Assembly (NCBI GenBank): GCA_012295275.1
Contig: CM022665.1
Span: 1,240,001-1,304,000 of the forward strand
Reading direction: 5' to 3'
From: Chrysomallon squamiferum
Lineage: Eukaryota; Animalia; Mollusca
DNA: 64,000 bases
Shown: one piece after another, positions 34,706 to 47,699 of the stretch
Numbering within the stretch: position 1 is the stretch's first letter
Layout: every line of letters begins with the position of its first letter
Made by a program: the position numbers and the translations under genes
The notes under the pieces: model-generated
Database searches by the model: none
What the model was told of the DNA's origin: nothing
The model's input: only the letters and a program-made list of their open reading frames with translations

Positions 34706-35164
34706 TTAATATATTTCGAGAGACCATTAATTTTGTTATTTGTTGTTGTGTTCATACTTGTATGACAATGTGGATCATATTGTTTTGTCATCTTGGGATT
34801 ATTTTCGTTTCATAAATCATTTATAATCTTCTTTTCTATGCCTGTCTTTGATTTTCTTTTATACTGAATATGTTTGTTATGTTATTGTTTTCTTTGATTT
34901 TACTTATATTTAAGTAATTATACTAATGGAACATTCTTAATACCATCTGTGGATAATTAGTACTTCTTTCATATTCTATCATATTTATTTGTCCAGATAT
35001 TAGTACTGCACTGTACTTAATCAGTTTATCCATAAATATCATTTTCATTCTGCACGTCTAGTCGCTTTCTCTCTGTGTCTTCAGCTTTTTGTATCTGTCT
35101 TGCTTTGTTTTTCTCTTTCTCATTATAAGTATTACCTAGCTCATATACACAGACTACTAATAAT

Positions 35165-35166
<2 letters not shown>

Positions 35167-35243
<77 letters not shown>
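35167..35243. repeat. (CT)n microsatellite
   Basis: Perfect dinucleotide run. Confidence 0.95.
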
Positions 35244-35248
<5 letters not shown>

Positions 35249-36258
35249 TGATGTTTGTTTTCTTTGTTTGTTTGTTGTTGTTGTTTGGGGTTTTTGTGTG
35301 TTTTTGTGTATTTGTTTTTGTGGTTTTTCATGTCTGTGAGTGCCCCTTTTTGACTCTCGTGTTTATCTCTGCCGCTGATTATAAAAATGTGCTAATTATA
35401 TAATTTTTCGATCTTTCTTAATTGTCAGCCATACGCTTTTCATTTTTCTGCCCACGTTAGAGCTGCATTCAACAAAGCGAATCTACTCCTGTTTTGTCTT
35501 TTTATTAACACACACCAAATCTAAAATCGATATCCTTTAGGTCTTTGTAAAATTATACAACAGTTCTTCAACCTGTAGTATTGTAAATATTGCTAAGACA
35601 TTAATTCTGGCGAAACGTGGCATGCAGATGTTAACAAATCAAGTTTGTCGTTATACAAACATTTATCTTGAGTGGTTATTTGTGCAGCAGCCAGACGACT
35701 GCATCTTTTCACTTTCAGCATAAGTCTGTGTTTATATTTATTCCTTGTTATTATTATTGTTGTTGTTGTTGTTGTTGTTGATGATGTTCTTCTTCTTTTT
35801 CTATATAATGCATGTAATTATCAGTGCAAATAATAATAGTGCATAATTATTTGAATCTCTCGATTGATCCCAACATATTTTTGAGCATTTTTATGTGTAA
35901 TTATATATAATTATATGTGTATATGTGCGTACGCGCGTGTGCATGTATCAACTATTAATATAATATTAACTGAGACAATATTCCAAGATTTATACATACA
36001 TTTCAGCTTTCATATAAATATCCAGTGTATGTCTAAATCTGAACTTCTTTAACGCGAATTTTGGGCATTGTGATATTAATTTCTTGGATCTAACGCTAGT
36101 AATTTAAACCAGTTTCAAGCAAAACCTTTTTAATAGTTTGCTAGTCTGGAATGTTTTGACTTATATAAACATAATTATGTAGGATTAATCTATTTGAAGA
36201 TAAGCTGTAGTAGAATGCTTGGCTAAGGAGCAAAGGTCATGTCATTCATTTTCATCGA

Positions 36259-36273
36259 TGCGCCACCTGTCGG
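36259..36273 (-). promoter_or_regulatory. CTCF-like site
   Basis: The minus strand reads CCGACAGGTGGCGCA, close to the CCASYAGRKGGCRS core, and stands out in AT-rich DNA. Confidence 0.5.
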
Positions 36274-37392
36274 CAACCCTCATTTCAGATACAAGTAACA
36301 GGCCGGGGTTTTTGTGCTATTCTGATAGTAAAACAAATAACATCATGACATGAGTTTTCCTGTCCAACATTTTATTATTATCAGAATTATATTACATAAT
36401 TAATATTAAAATGTTAACATCCATGAATGTATTATTTATTTTATTCAGTGGCTTATTCATAATATAGGCACAGATATGAAGACATCGTGATTTCCTGGCA
36501 CAAATGATAATAATTTGCTCGATTGAATAGGATACTGAAATGACATCTTTGCATAACACCGTTTATTTTATAAAAACTTTCTACAATTCATAGTTACATA
36601 TTCAAACAATTAAATAATTATAAAAAACCCAGAATGAATCCGTATTAAGCGAGAGATAAATAAAGTTTTGTTGTAAGTTATGAAAATCATTTTCTGGATG
36701 CAGCTAAAAGGACATTTATTATAAATTTACTTCAGAGAGGAAAGGATAATTTGTAAGCTGATGTTTCGGGATTAAAACTTTTACATGAAGGGACAATAAG
36801 ACTATTACAAAGCGTTTTCTTTCTTCTTCTTCTCCTTTTTTTTTTTTTTAAATTTCGAGTTTGAAAACATTACTGTGGAATTTTTCCATAATAGAATTAA
36901 ATTTTCCATACATATTCACGAAAATAAAGAAAGTTTAATGTGATTTGCATGCAGAAACAATCACATTAGCTATAGGAGGATTAATTATTTATGCACTGGG
37001 CATGCACCATTATAAAAGCATTTATGTACTGCAAATACGACATTCTTTCAACATTAGCATAATTAGGCTAATCAAAATGTTAGAAATACTGAAATAGTTT
37101 CATACAGGTTTTACGGTATTGATAATAAATATATTTTATATCAAAAGGTGTATTAGTTTGTAGATAAAAATATACTGCTAATATTTTTCTTAGGAATAAA
37201 ACTGCAAAAATATAATCCATAAATTAATTGTTCATTAACCTAATTCTTTCTCAGTAAAATAGACTCGTGCTAAGAGATCTAACATTAAAAATAATACGTG
37301 TAATAATAACACCAGTTTTATAGGCCTACGGGGTATGGATATTACAGTGAAATCCAGATTTCCATAGAAACCTTTTGCTTAAAAAAACACAA

Positions 37393-37463
<71 letters not shown>

Positions 37464-38988
37464 CAACAACAACAAAAAAAAAAAACATCAAGCTGAAATA
37501 TAAAATAAAACGTCTCCTTCAGTAGCTACAATAATAATAATTACGACAAAGACATCATCAACAATTCGTGAACAAATTTGCAGTATAATATCAAAAGAAA
37601 TAAAACGTTTTCAACGCCAATATTTACCCACACTAAAAGTATATTGTACGATATCATGTTTCATCTAAGAATGTCCTCGTGTGGTTAATTACTGAACCTC
37701 TTGACAATTTAATTTGGACATTCTTTCTTTATTAGACCGGGAAAATTAACAGTCCCTTGAGGTGAGTAATGCAATAATGGCGTGTACGTTCGTTTGACAT
37801 ATTTAACACCAATCAGTTATCTTTTACATCTTTCATCAGGAGTCTTAACGAAATATTTATTTATTTATTCATTTATTTATTTATTGGTTGGTTTGTTGAT
37901 GCTTTTTATTTTATTATATTTTTTAGGGCGACTTTTTTTTTATTTGTTTGTTTATTTGTTTTTATTTGTATATTTATTTGTTTTTATTTATCCAGTCATA
38001 AGAAACATTGTTATTGTTTTGAAGTTGGAAAGAGAGAACGAATGAAACAAATGAGAGAGACAAAGAAAAAGAAAGAAGGGATGAAAGATAGGGAGAAAAA
38101 CGGAAATAAGAGAAAATGAAAAGAAGGAGATGTACGTCCTGAGATCTGAAATTAATTTTATCACTTTTACTTGATATTTGGCATCACATTTTGCAATCAA
38201 AATTCTGCTTGAATACTGGCAGAGGACAAAAGAATCCGCTATCTGCCTCAACAAATCAATGAGAAAAATTGAAAGACAGACACACTTAACAAATCACTTA
38301 CTACAATTATATATTAGTTATAATTAACGAAATGTCTAATCATAGATAATGAATGATTAAGTCACAGATAACAGTGACTTAATCATATATAACAATTGGC
38401 TTTGATATGCATATTGAATACTTAGTCACAAATAATGACTTTAGTCAAATATCAAGAATAATTTTTTTCTACTTTTAATTTAACCCCAGTATAAAATGTA
38501 GTACAAGTATATTAATGTGTTAAATCAGAGAAAAATAAACGCCTGTAAATATGTTCCACACATACCTAGTAGTAAATATTCGCCATGTAAATCCCGACAT
38601 AAATAACAACAAAAGTCAAGATGACTAAATTTATTTAGAAATGTTAATCATAAATTATATAATCAACCATTTATATAACTTTATAACTGAATAATATTCT
38701 TAATCCCTAACCCAGATTAATGTCTGTTGTAATATAATTATATATTTTTAATTATATATTAATATACATCTAGAAAATAATGCATATTTAATATTTCTAA
38801 TATTTAACATGTACATAATTTGATCTAAACATTTCTTGAATTTTTTGGTTCTATTTAGTACGGATAATGGTTAATTGAATTAATCGATTCATCGGTAATA
38901 ATCATAATAATAACCAACATTCAAATTGGTATTTTTATGTGCATTACTTTATTTTCAAATATAAACATCATATGATAAAACAAATATA

Positions 38989-39576
38989 CAGTGGTACCTT
39001 AACATATCGAGTTTTCCGATCGATATTTTGCTTTGAGTTGCGAGCCAAAATCCGAGTTAGAAGCGAGCTTCAGATAAGCCGCCGCTATTGGCGCAACGAA
39101 CAACATAACATCCGGCCAGCATCCCGCGTTTCACTCGTTTACTTCACGTGGTTACCTCGCCGAGGAACCATCTCTGTTGTGTGGTGCTCGCGTTTTGTGC
39201 AGTATTTGGGCAATTTTTCTGGCCATGGATTCTAAGAAAGTGAGTACAAAGGACAGTGCTGAGAAGTTGAAGTGGATGATGTCCATTGAATTAAAGCATG
39301 AAATCATAGAAAAACGTGAGCGAGGTGTGCGTATAGAGTCGACTTGGCTAGGCAGTACGAGCGTTGTACTTCTCCGATATGTACGATACTGAATCTGAAT
39401 GAGTCGATAAAGGCTGTAACTCCAGCCAAACGCGTTAAAATAATTTGTCTGATCTCTAAGATAAACACACTTTACAAAACCAATTTATTTCTTTACATTC
39501 TCTTTTATTTTGTTTTTATACAATATTTGTCATTTATAAATGCATTTTTCCTATTTGCTCGGTCAAGGTACCACTG
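38989..39576 (+). mobile_element. Non-autonomous Tigger/pogo-type element (588 bp) with both TIRs and TA target-site duplication
   Basis: TA|CAGTGGTACCTT ... AAGGTACCACTG|TA gives 12-bp perfect inverted ends. An internal ATG at 39225 starts MDSKKVSTKDSAEKLKWMMSIELKHEIIEKRERGVR, continuing after a frameshift as LARQYERCTSPICTIL, a CENP-B/psq-type HTH of Tigger transposases. Confidence 0.92.
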
Positions 39577-40103
39577 TATATTGAAGCAAAACAATACAAT
39601 AATAATAATATATCTTTTCTCTTTATTGCCTTCAATTGTGCATCACAAATTACAAGAATGTCTCCTAAAAATTTGTATTCAAATTCGACATATATGAAAT
39701 ATTAATAATATGAAGGAAAGAAAGAAAAATGAAGATAATAATAATGTAACGGCGACGATGATGAAGAAAGGAATCAACAGCAACGGATATGAAATTTAGT
39801 AGGAAAATTTAAATACATGTAAATCTTTCTTTTCATTTTTTTTTTTTTTTTTTTTTTTTTAGTTTTGTTTCCCCTTCTTTTTGCTAATTAATTCATTTTA
39901 CAGAAAATATTTTCACTTATAATATAGTCACACTGCATTTGGAATGTAACTAACTCCATGCTTAGAACCATCGATAAGATCTGATGTATCGCATGATCAA
40001 TCCCATTAGGTGTTCCTGTTTGACTATTTCCCGTTCCAGACAGCTGCAGCTGACTGGTTACCAAGATTTGTAGTATATGTTTCAGTGCCTGTGGCACACT
40101 GAT

Positions 40104-40153
<50 letters not shown>

Positions 40154-40688
40154 TTAAATAAATAAATAATTAAAATTAAAAATTAAAATTAAATAAAAAA
40201 TAACTCTAGCACTGGTGTCAATGAGTTTCCTCTCAAATTATCATTAAACAAAACATGTCTTTGAATGTACGCGTATCGATGACCAGTTAATGCACTCAAG
40301 ATACGAATGACTAGGTATGTTCGATATTTGTATGCTTATAAGATAATAATGAAACAGTAATATATGGCTGAATGAAGAAGTGGGTGTGTGGGTGGAAATT
40401 AGCTGGCTGGTTCACGCTGGACTAATGGACAGAAAAGACAAAGGGTGTTATTTTTTAACTGACACCAAAGTGAATTCCATATTGAATATTATGATCTTTT
40501 TATCTCTTTGTATTACATTTTAAAATCCAGCTATGACTGATATGTTTCTACATTTTCAGAGTGGAAATATGTCAAACAAATTTTAAAATATGTATTCCGT
40601 TTTCCTTCATTAGTTATGTTTTGAACTTTCGCCCAAGTCTAAATATATGCAATGAATTTTCGAAAGTTAAGTTTTTTACTGAACGTTT

Positions 40689-40879
40689 TCAGTCATCACT
40701 TTCTGCTTTGGTTTCCAGCCACAAGCCTCCGCGCTGGAACCAGAAAGACAGAGTAAATCCAACAACAAACAAAAGAAAAGGCACTAAGAGCCAAATCACT
40801 GACACCCTGGAATCCGAACGAACTCCACCAGCTGAAAATAATAATAAGAAGAATAATCATAATAATAATAGTAATAATA

Positions 40880-40930
<51 letters not shown>

Positions 40931-41589
40931 GTAATAGTAATAATAATAATAATAGTAATAATAATAGCAACAACAACAACAGCAAGACAAACTACAACAA
41001 CAACAATGATAAAGATAAGAAGAAAAAGGCGCAAGTACAGAGAAAAAACGAAAACAAAAACAACAAAAGATAACTGATTAACAAAACAACAGAAGAAAAT
41101 TTTAGAGGAAATAATGATAAGAAGAAGAGAAAAAGATAAAAACAGAAGACGAAAATGTTAGGACGATGATTATGCAAAGAAAAATAACAATTAAAAAAAC
41201 ACCAACACACAGGTACCTGCATACATGCATGTGAGTCAAACAGGAATCTCACCTGCACAACCAAGATATTCGATGAATCTCTGTTCATGATTTATTCTTC
41301 TCTCAAATCGCAGTCTCTTATCATCTTCTTGTCCAATTTTACAGAGATATTGTTCTATTACTAGACAGTTCATATACTTAGATCTAGTCCTGAATAAGAT
41401 AAAATTAATTAATAAATAACCTAATTTAACAATATATACAGTTTAAAGAAAAGACAAAATAAAAAAGGAACAATAACAATGATATGTTACTATTATTATC
41501 CTACTGCTGCTGTTACATATAATAATAATTAAAACAATGACGATGATGATGTTAATAATAATGATAATAAAAGAATAATGATAGTGATC

Positions 41590-41620
<31 letters not shown>

Positions 41621-42594
41621 TGTACTGGTTCATTTCATTAGAAATCCCTAGAGTGTTGAATATATCTAAATCCCGCTTAATACGAGTTCAGAGACTATGA
41701 AGTTCAGTATAGAACAAATTATGAGCTAATTCCAGTTCGCGTTTAATAGGAGAATCTTTTTTGAAATTATTTTAGGCTATTATTTAGTAACTTATTTCTT
41801 ACGTATTGCTGAAATTAATTCAAAAATTCATGCAATTAGTTGAAAGATTACTTTAAAAATCTAAAACTGAGTTTATAGAATTTAATAAGCTCAAATACTG
41901 GTAATGTATGAGACGGTGTAACTAATCTGAACAAGCCTCACGTTTTGTGTCGGTCGATACTGGAAGAATCGCCAGGCTGACTTCACTAGGAGGTTTGTGT
42001 TTGTTCTGTAGCTCGTTTATTACGGCGATTAATTTATTATTACACTGGACAACAAGTGAAGCTAAGCTATTGCGTGTGCCGGGAAGTATGCACAAAACTG
42101 ATTATAATATTTATCTGAATTTTCATAACGTGTGATACATTAATTTAATATAAAAGTTATTTAGAAAAAATATTATGTAGTATTTTCAAAGATAATTATT
42201 ATAATGATGTTAACATTAAAAAAAAATAATAATATGAAAGATCATACCAATCATAATAATAACAGGTATGATGATTATAACGATAATAATGATGATGATT
42301 GTGATGATCAGAAGGAAAAAGATGATAATGAGGATGACGGGCACGAGTAGATTAATGATATTTAGGCAAAATACACGAAGAATCTAAGTTAATTTTCTGA
42401 AAGGACGTGGACATGTCTGTGATTTCAGTGCGTGTGCTTTGCGTAGTAATAACGAACTGGCTAGTGAATGATACAGAAAGATATAAAAGAAGTAAATTTT
42501 GGTTCTTTGAGTGATGAAGTTAAGATTTGATATATGTGAATTTCTTTTAATTTGTTTGGCTCGATGTGGAAATATTTAAATAATTATATTCCTG

Positions 42595-42633
<39 letters not shown>

Positions 42634-43323
42634 TTTCATCCTCAATATCATCATCACTGTTTATACTAAGATACATGGTTGATATTTACCTGCAGTTTAG
42701 TAGATTGTCAAAAAGTTTACATTTTTCTTCATTGCAGATACATGCAACATTTCCCAAAATCACTGAAATATGAAACAGAAGTTAGAACAACAAAATAAAT
42801 GTATGAACCTATGTTGTGTGAATATACATACATATATATATAAACAGTTGCACGCACAATGGACAGAAACATATTTAAGTCTACAAAGAAAATGACAAAA
42901 CTCCCTTTCCTGATTAATTTCATAATTTTTCTTTTATTTTAATTATCATTTCATTTTTTACTATTTTGTTTTAGTTATTTTTGTTATTATTATTTATTCT
43001 TTTTCTTTGCTTTATTATTATTATTATTATTATTATTTCTTTGTATCTTTAATTTATTTGGTCTTCAATTACTTTTATTTTTCTTTTATTTTTTATGTTT
43101 TTTTTTATTATACGACACTTAAATATACTTTTACGATTTCAGATAAAGTTTTATAAAAGTTTAAATAACTATGTTGTGAGTCAGAAAATATAATTAATAA
43201 TGTGAGATTGTAAACACTGTCATCTGCACTTTCTTTGTTTGAAATAACTAGCAATTTCGCCAACAAAATATAGATAGATAAATAAATAAATAAAATGAAA
43301 TAAAAAAAAAAAAAAAAAAAAAA

Positions 43324-43362
<39 letters not shown>

Positions 43363-43605
43363 AAAGAAAAAAATGAAGAAAAAAAGAACAAGAACCAAAA
43401 AATCGATACAGAGTTGTGTACCTTCAACTAATCACATAATTCTCATTAGATGAAAAGTGGATGAAAAGCAAAACAGTAATAATCGTGTGTCCAGACTAGC
43501 GTAGGTTTGTATTTTCTTGAAGATAATTAAAAGAACGAAAATAATTTATAAAATATTTCAATAATGAAAAATTAAAATATGATAGATTTTACGGTGGTGT
43601 ATTAT

Positions 43606-43663
<58 letters not shown>

Positions 43664-44567
43664 TAAAAGCTAGATTAATGGTATTTGAATGAATGAATAA
43701 ATGATTAAAAACATACTTTAGTATATTTTTAATATTAAATTGTTGAATGTCAAGCGTGTGCTTTTTATATAATGATGATATAAGAGATGAAACCAGTTTG
43801 TCCCAAACCAATGGCTATTTTTATCAGTTAGAACAACCACTGTTTTATACGTATCCTTCTGCTGACAGGAAATCACATACCATAGGTTTTCATAAACCAG
43901 TCGTGGAGCAATGGTTGGAGCAGGCAAAAAATAAATGAATCACTATCTTGTATAAATAACCATTGTTCAGAGACAACAAAGATAATAATGTGAAGTTGTA
44001 AACTCAGATATTTGACATTCACAAGAATCAGTTTATTCAGTCGTGTGCCTAACCAATAAAAAGCACGAATCTATTTTAATGATAAATAATTAGAAGAGAA
44101 AGTATATTAGCAAATTTTATTAATATGATGAAAGAAAGAATGGCTGGTAACATTTCAAAATACTAATAATTATTAAAGTGAAAATAAAATTAAAATAAGA
44201 TGCATTTACAGCGTATGTAAATAGATAGGTAGACAGGCTGGCAAGCAGGTAGGTATGTCTGTATGTATGTATGTCTGTGTGTGTGTATGTGTATACATGC
44301 ATGTGTGTATGTATGTATGTATGTATTTAGGTAGGTAGGTATGTATAACTGTCTACCTGTCTCTGCGTGTGTGTGTGTGTGTGTGTGTGTGATATTCTGG
44401 TATACTCTTTTAGTAGAAGCAAATTATTATTATTTTTTTTATGGACCTGGCAAGTAATAGTTCAGTTTTATCTTGCAGACAGATTGATCCCATGATTGGT
44501 AACACTCGATCACTAAATTACAGCTTATTCCTGTATTGTTTTTGTCAGTATTAAACATAAGTTTTAC

Positions 44568-44601
<34 letters not shown>

Positions 44602-44782
44602 TTGCTCTGTAGGTCTTACGGGTTTACGTGACAGACGTGTATAGATTTTTTTAGCTGTCGTAATCTGACATCAAAAACCCCATAAAACAAGCAAGGATAT
44701 TTTCGTACTAGTATTATTGATCTTCATTTTGTTAGTTTTTCTCACAAGTGCACACACACACAGTCACATACATTATTATCTG

Positions 44783-44817
<35 letters not shown>

Positions 44818-45064
44818 GCACACACACACATACATACATACATAAAATTCAAACACATACACATACGCACATACAAATGTTCTTCAGAAAACGTCGACTT
44901 CATTGATAAAATAAAATAAAAAAATTAAAAATAAAAATTTGTAATTTCTAACTATATTAATATTAAACAGTATGGAAAAAAACAGCAACATTTAACAATA
45001 AACTAACAACAGATATAAAATATTATTCACCTGCTAAATGTAGAATAAGTGTAAGCGATTTCAT
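40689..45064 (-). CDS. Gene B: paralogous six-cysteine single-pass membrane protein (128 aa), neuritin/RGM N-domain-like
   Basis: Exons 45031-45064, 42690-42762, 41253-41389, 40689-40831 (GT-AG, phases 1,2,1; 387 nt). Translation: MKSLTLILHLAVILGNVAC-ICNEEKCKLFDNLLNCRTRSKYMNCLVIEQYLCKIGQEDDKRLRFERRINHEQRFIEYLGCAAGGVRSDSRVSVIWLLVPFLLFVVGFTLSFWFQRGGLWLETKAESDD*. Intron placement relative to the cysteines is equivalent to gene A. Confidence 0.82.
43609..43659. repeat. (GA)n microsatellite in gene B intron 1
   Basis: Perfect dinucleotide run. Confidence 0.95.
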
Positions 45065-46439
45065 TTCAAAGTTAGATCTGTACGTCAGGAATGACACAGG
45101 CAAGATGCGTTTCTCATGTTTGTGTGAGAACTGAATTATAAACTGTTTTGAAGATAAAACAACAGACGCTGATCTCTCACACTCGATGCGTTCCTGTAGT
45201 AACAGCAAACTGGAATCAGTGCTGGCACCTTATTGAACCACTCTTCAAGACTATAAGTACACATACGCTGCCGTTGTTAACAACGTTTTGTATGCGATTA
45301 TCGATTAAAGGTGTTTTAAAATATGCATATTTGCTATTATAAATCTGGTTGTCGGATTGTGTGTGCGAGTGTGCATGCGCGCTAGGTTTTTTATGCTAAT
45401 TATTATTACGTGAATGTTGTTAAAGTAGTCATGTTCTAAGCGATTATAAGATAAAAACAAGAAATATTTTATATGCTTTACCTGATATACCGGAAAACAA
45501 ATACATTGGCTTTTGAAAAAGTAATGGCTGAAATAAGAAATAATAACGAGAAAGCTTAGAAAAAAGTATCTCTTTAAGACACCAAGGACAAGTGTTTAAA
45601 TTCTTGATGTAAATCTTGCTTTAGAATGATCAGTAGATTTTCATAGTTTCTTCTTTAAGTAGGAGATTTTGGAATTGCGTTGATGACGTCCATCGAGTAA
45701 TGCATCTTTCTTGCAGTATAATTCAGGGGGTACTAAATCTTAAATTAACTGGATTTGTTTTAACTAATTTTATTTATAACAATTCAATAAATCCAAAATT
45801 CTTGAATGATTGATGTGTAACTCTGAGATTTCTTATTATTGTTGTTGCTGTTACTGTTGTCGTTATTATACTACAGGGCTCATTCATACAAATTCAATGA
45901 CAACAAATACTAACAAATCAACAAAGTATAGAAAATATTATTTATTTGTATGAACTCAGAAATAATAACTTGTTTTTAGAAGAAAAAAAGAAGTCGGCAA
46001 AAAAGAAAGATTAATAAAATAACAACCACATATATATATATATATACACACACAAAATAAATTATATAGGTAATGTACCACAATGTTTTATTTTATAACA
46101 AATGAATTTTTAAATGTTAATAATTAACAATAATAAAGAAATATTTTATAACAAATGCCTTTTTAAATGTTAATTATTAATAATAATAAAGTAATATTAA
46201 TGATGATGAAATGAAAGCAGATGATTAGTAGGGAGAGGAAGATGATATGAAAAACTGAAGTAGTTGGAAGAGGAAAACAGAACAAATAAACAGCATAAAG
46301 AACAGAAGAAAGATTATGATTAGAAGCATAATGAAAATGAGATTAGGACAATACTTTTAAAAGTAAATTATGGAACATGAACAAAGATTAGAACAAGGAG
46401 AGTGGTAAATATGATGACTGGAAAGAGAACAGCTTAAGT

Positions 46440-47135
46440 GAAGATGAAAAAGAGATAAGTTTAGATGAAAATGAGAAAGAGAACTGTTTAGATGAATATG
46501 AGAAAGAGAACTGTTTAGATGAAAATGAGAAAGAGAACTGTTTAGATGAAGATGAGAAAGAACTGTTTAGATGAAAATGAGAAAGAGAACTGTTTAGATG
46601 AAGATGAGAAAGAGAACTGTTTAGATGAAAATGAGAAAAAACTGTTTAGATGAAGATGAGAAAGAGAACTGTTTAGATGAAGAAGGGAAAGAACTGTTTA
46701 AATGAAAATGAGAAAGAGAACTGTTTAGATGAAGATGAGAAAGAGAACTGATTAGATGAAAATGAGAAAGAACTGTTCAGATGAAGATGAGAAAGAGAAC
46801 TGTTTAGATGAAGAAGGGAAAGAACTTTAAATGAAAATGAGAAAGAGAACTGTTTAGATGAAGATGAGAAAGAGAACTGTTTAAATGAAGATGAGAAAGA
46901 GAACTGTTTAGATGAAGATGAACAAGAGATAAGTTTAGATGAAGATGAGAAAGAGAACTGTTTAGATGAAGATGAGAAAGAGAACTGTTTAAATGAAAAT
47001 GAGAAAGAGAACTGTTTAGATGAAGATGAAAAAGAGATAAGTTTAGATGAAGATGAGAAAGAGAACTGTTTAGATGAAGATGAGAAAGAGAACTGTTTAG
47101 ATGAAGAAGGGAAAGAACTGTTTAAATGAAGATGG
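46440..47135. repeat. 27/25-bp purine-rich minisatellite, about 26 copies
   Basis: Unit GATGAA(G/A)ATGAGAAAGAGAACTGTTTA with shorter variants, downstream of the PRDM4 stop. Confidence 0.95.
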
Positions 47136-47699
47136 GAAAGACAACAGGTAATGAGAGAATGGGAAGGAGAAGATGAAATATAAGGAAGGGAAATGATTAA
47201 AGTTGGTGAATTTCAGGGATTAACAGGTTATTCAATAAACGTAAATTAATTATAATTTTTTTTTTTTTTTTTTTTTTTTTTTTGTATCCTTTTGCAATAA
47301 AAATTAAACAAAACAAAAATAATTTTCCCCAGAATCTAAAAAGATATAACAGTTGATGACTGATAATTATATGAAGTACATAGTGCCTCGAGAATGTAAC
47401 TGTAATACAAGTATGTAATACCTACTAAAAATCTCATGGAGGTTTACGCCTTTTTCAAGCATGTATTCTATTCCAACATTAATTAACCATTACATTTAAA
47501 TGAAAGAAACACTGTTTTATATATATTAAATAATGGTCTTACAGCCAGTTTACAACTAAATAAATGGACTTTCCATAAAACTGGAAATGTCCCTGAGATA
47601 TGATCTGCCTTTAATAAATTATATGTACTTCAATTATGAAAAGAAAGAACAAATTTTAACAATGGCTTCAAACAATGTTACCAAGCATGTAACATGGAA

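Noticed and set aside
33442-35339. Cluster of ORFs rich in I, T, Y, S, or E/R
   Set aside because: Low-complexity triplet and dinucleotide repeats.
40561-41073. 170-aa Asn-rich plus-strand ORF
   Set aside because: Antisense to the last exon of gene B plus an (AAT)n tract.
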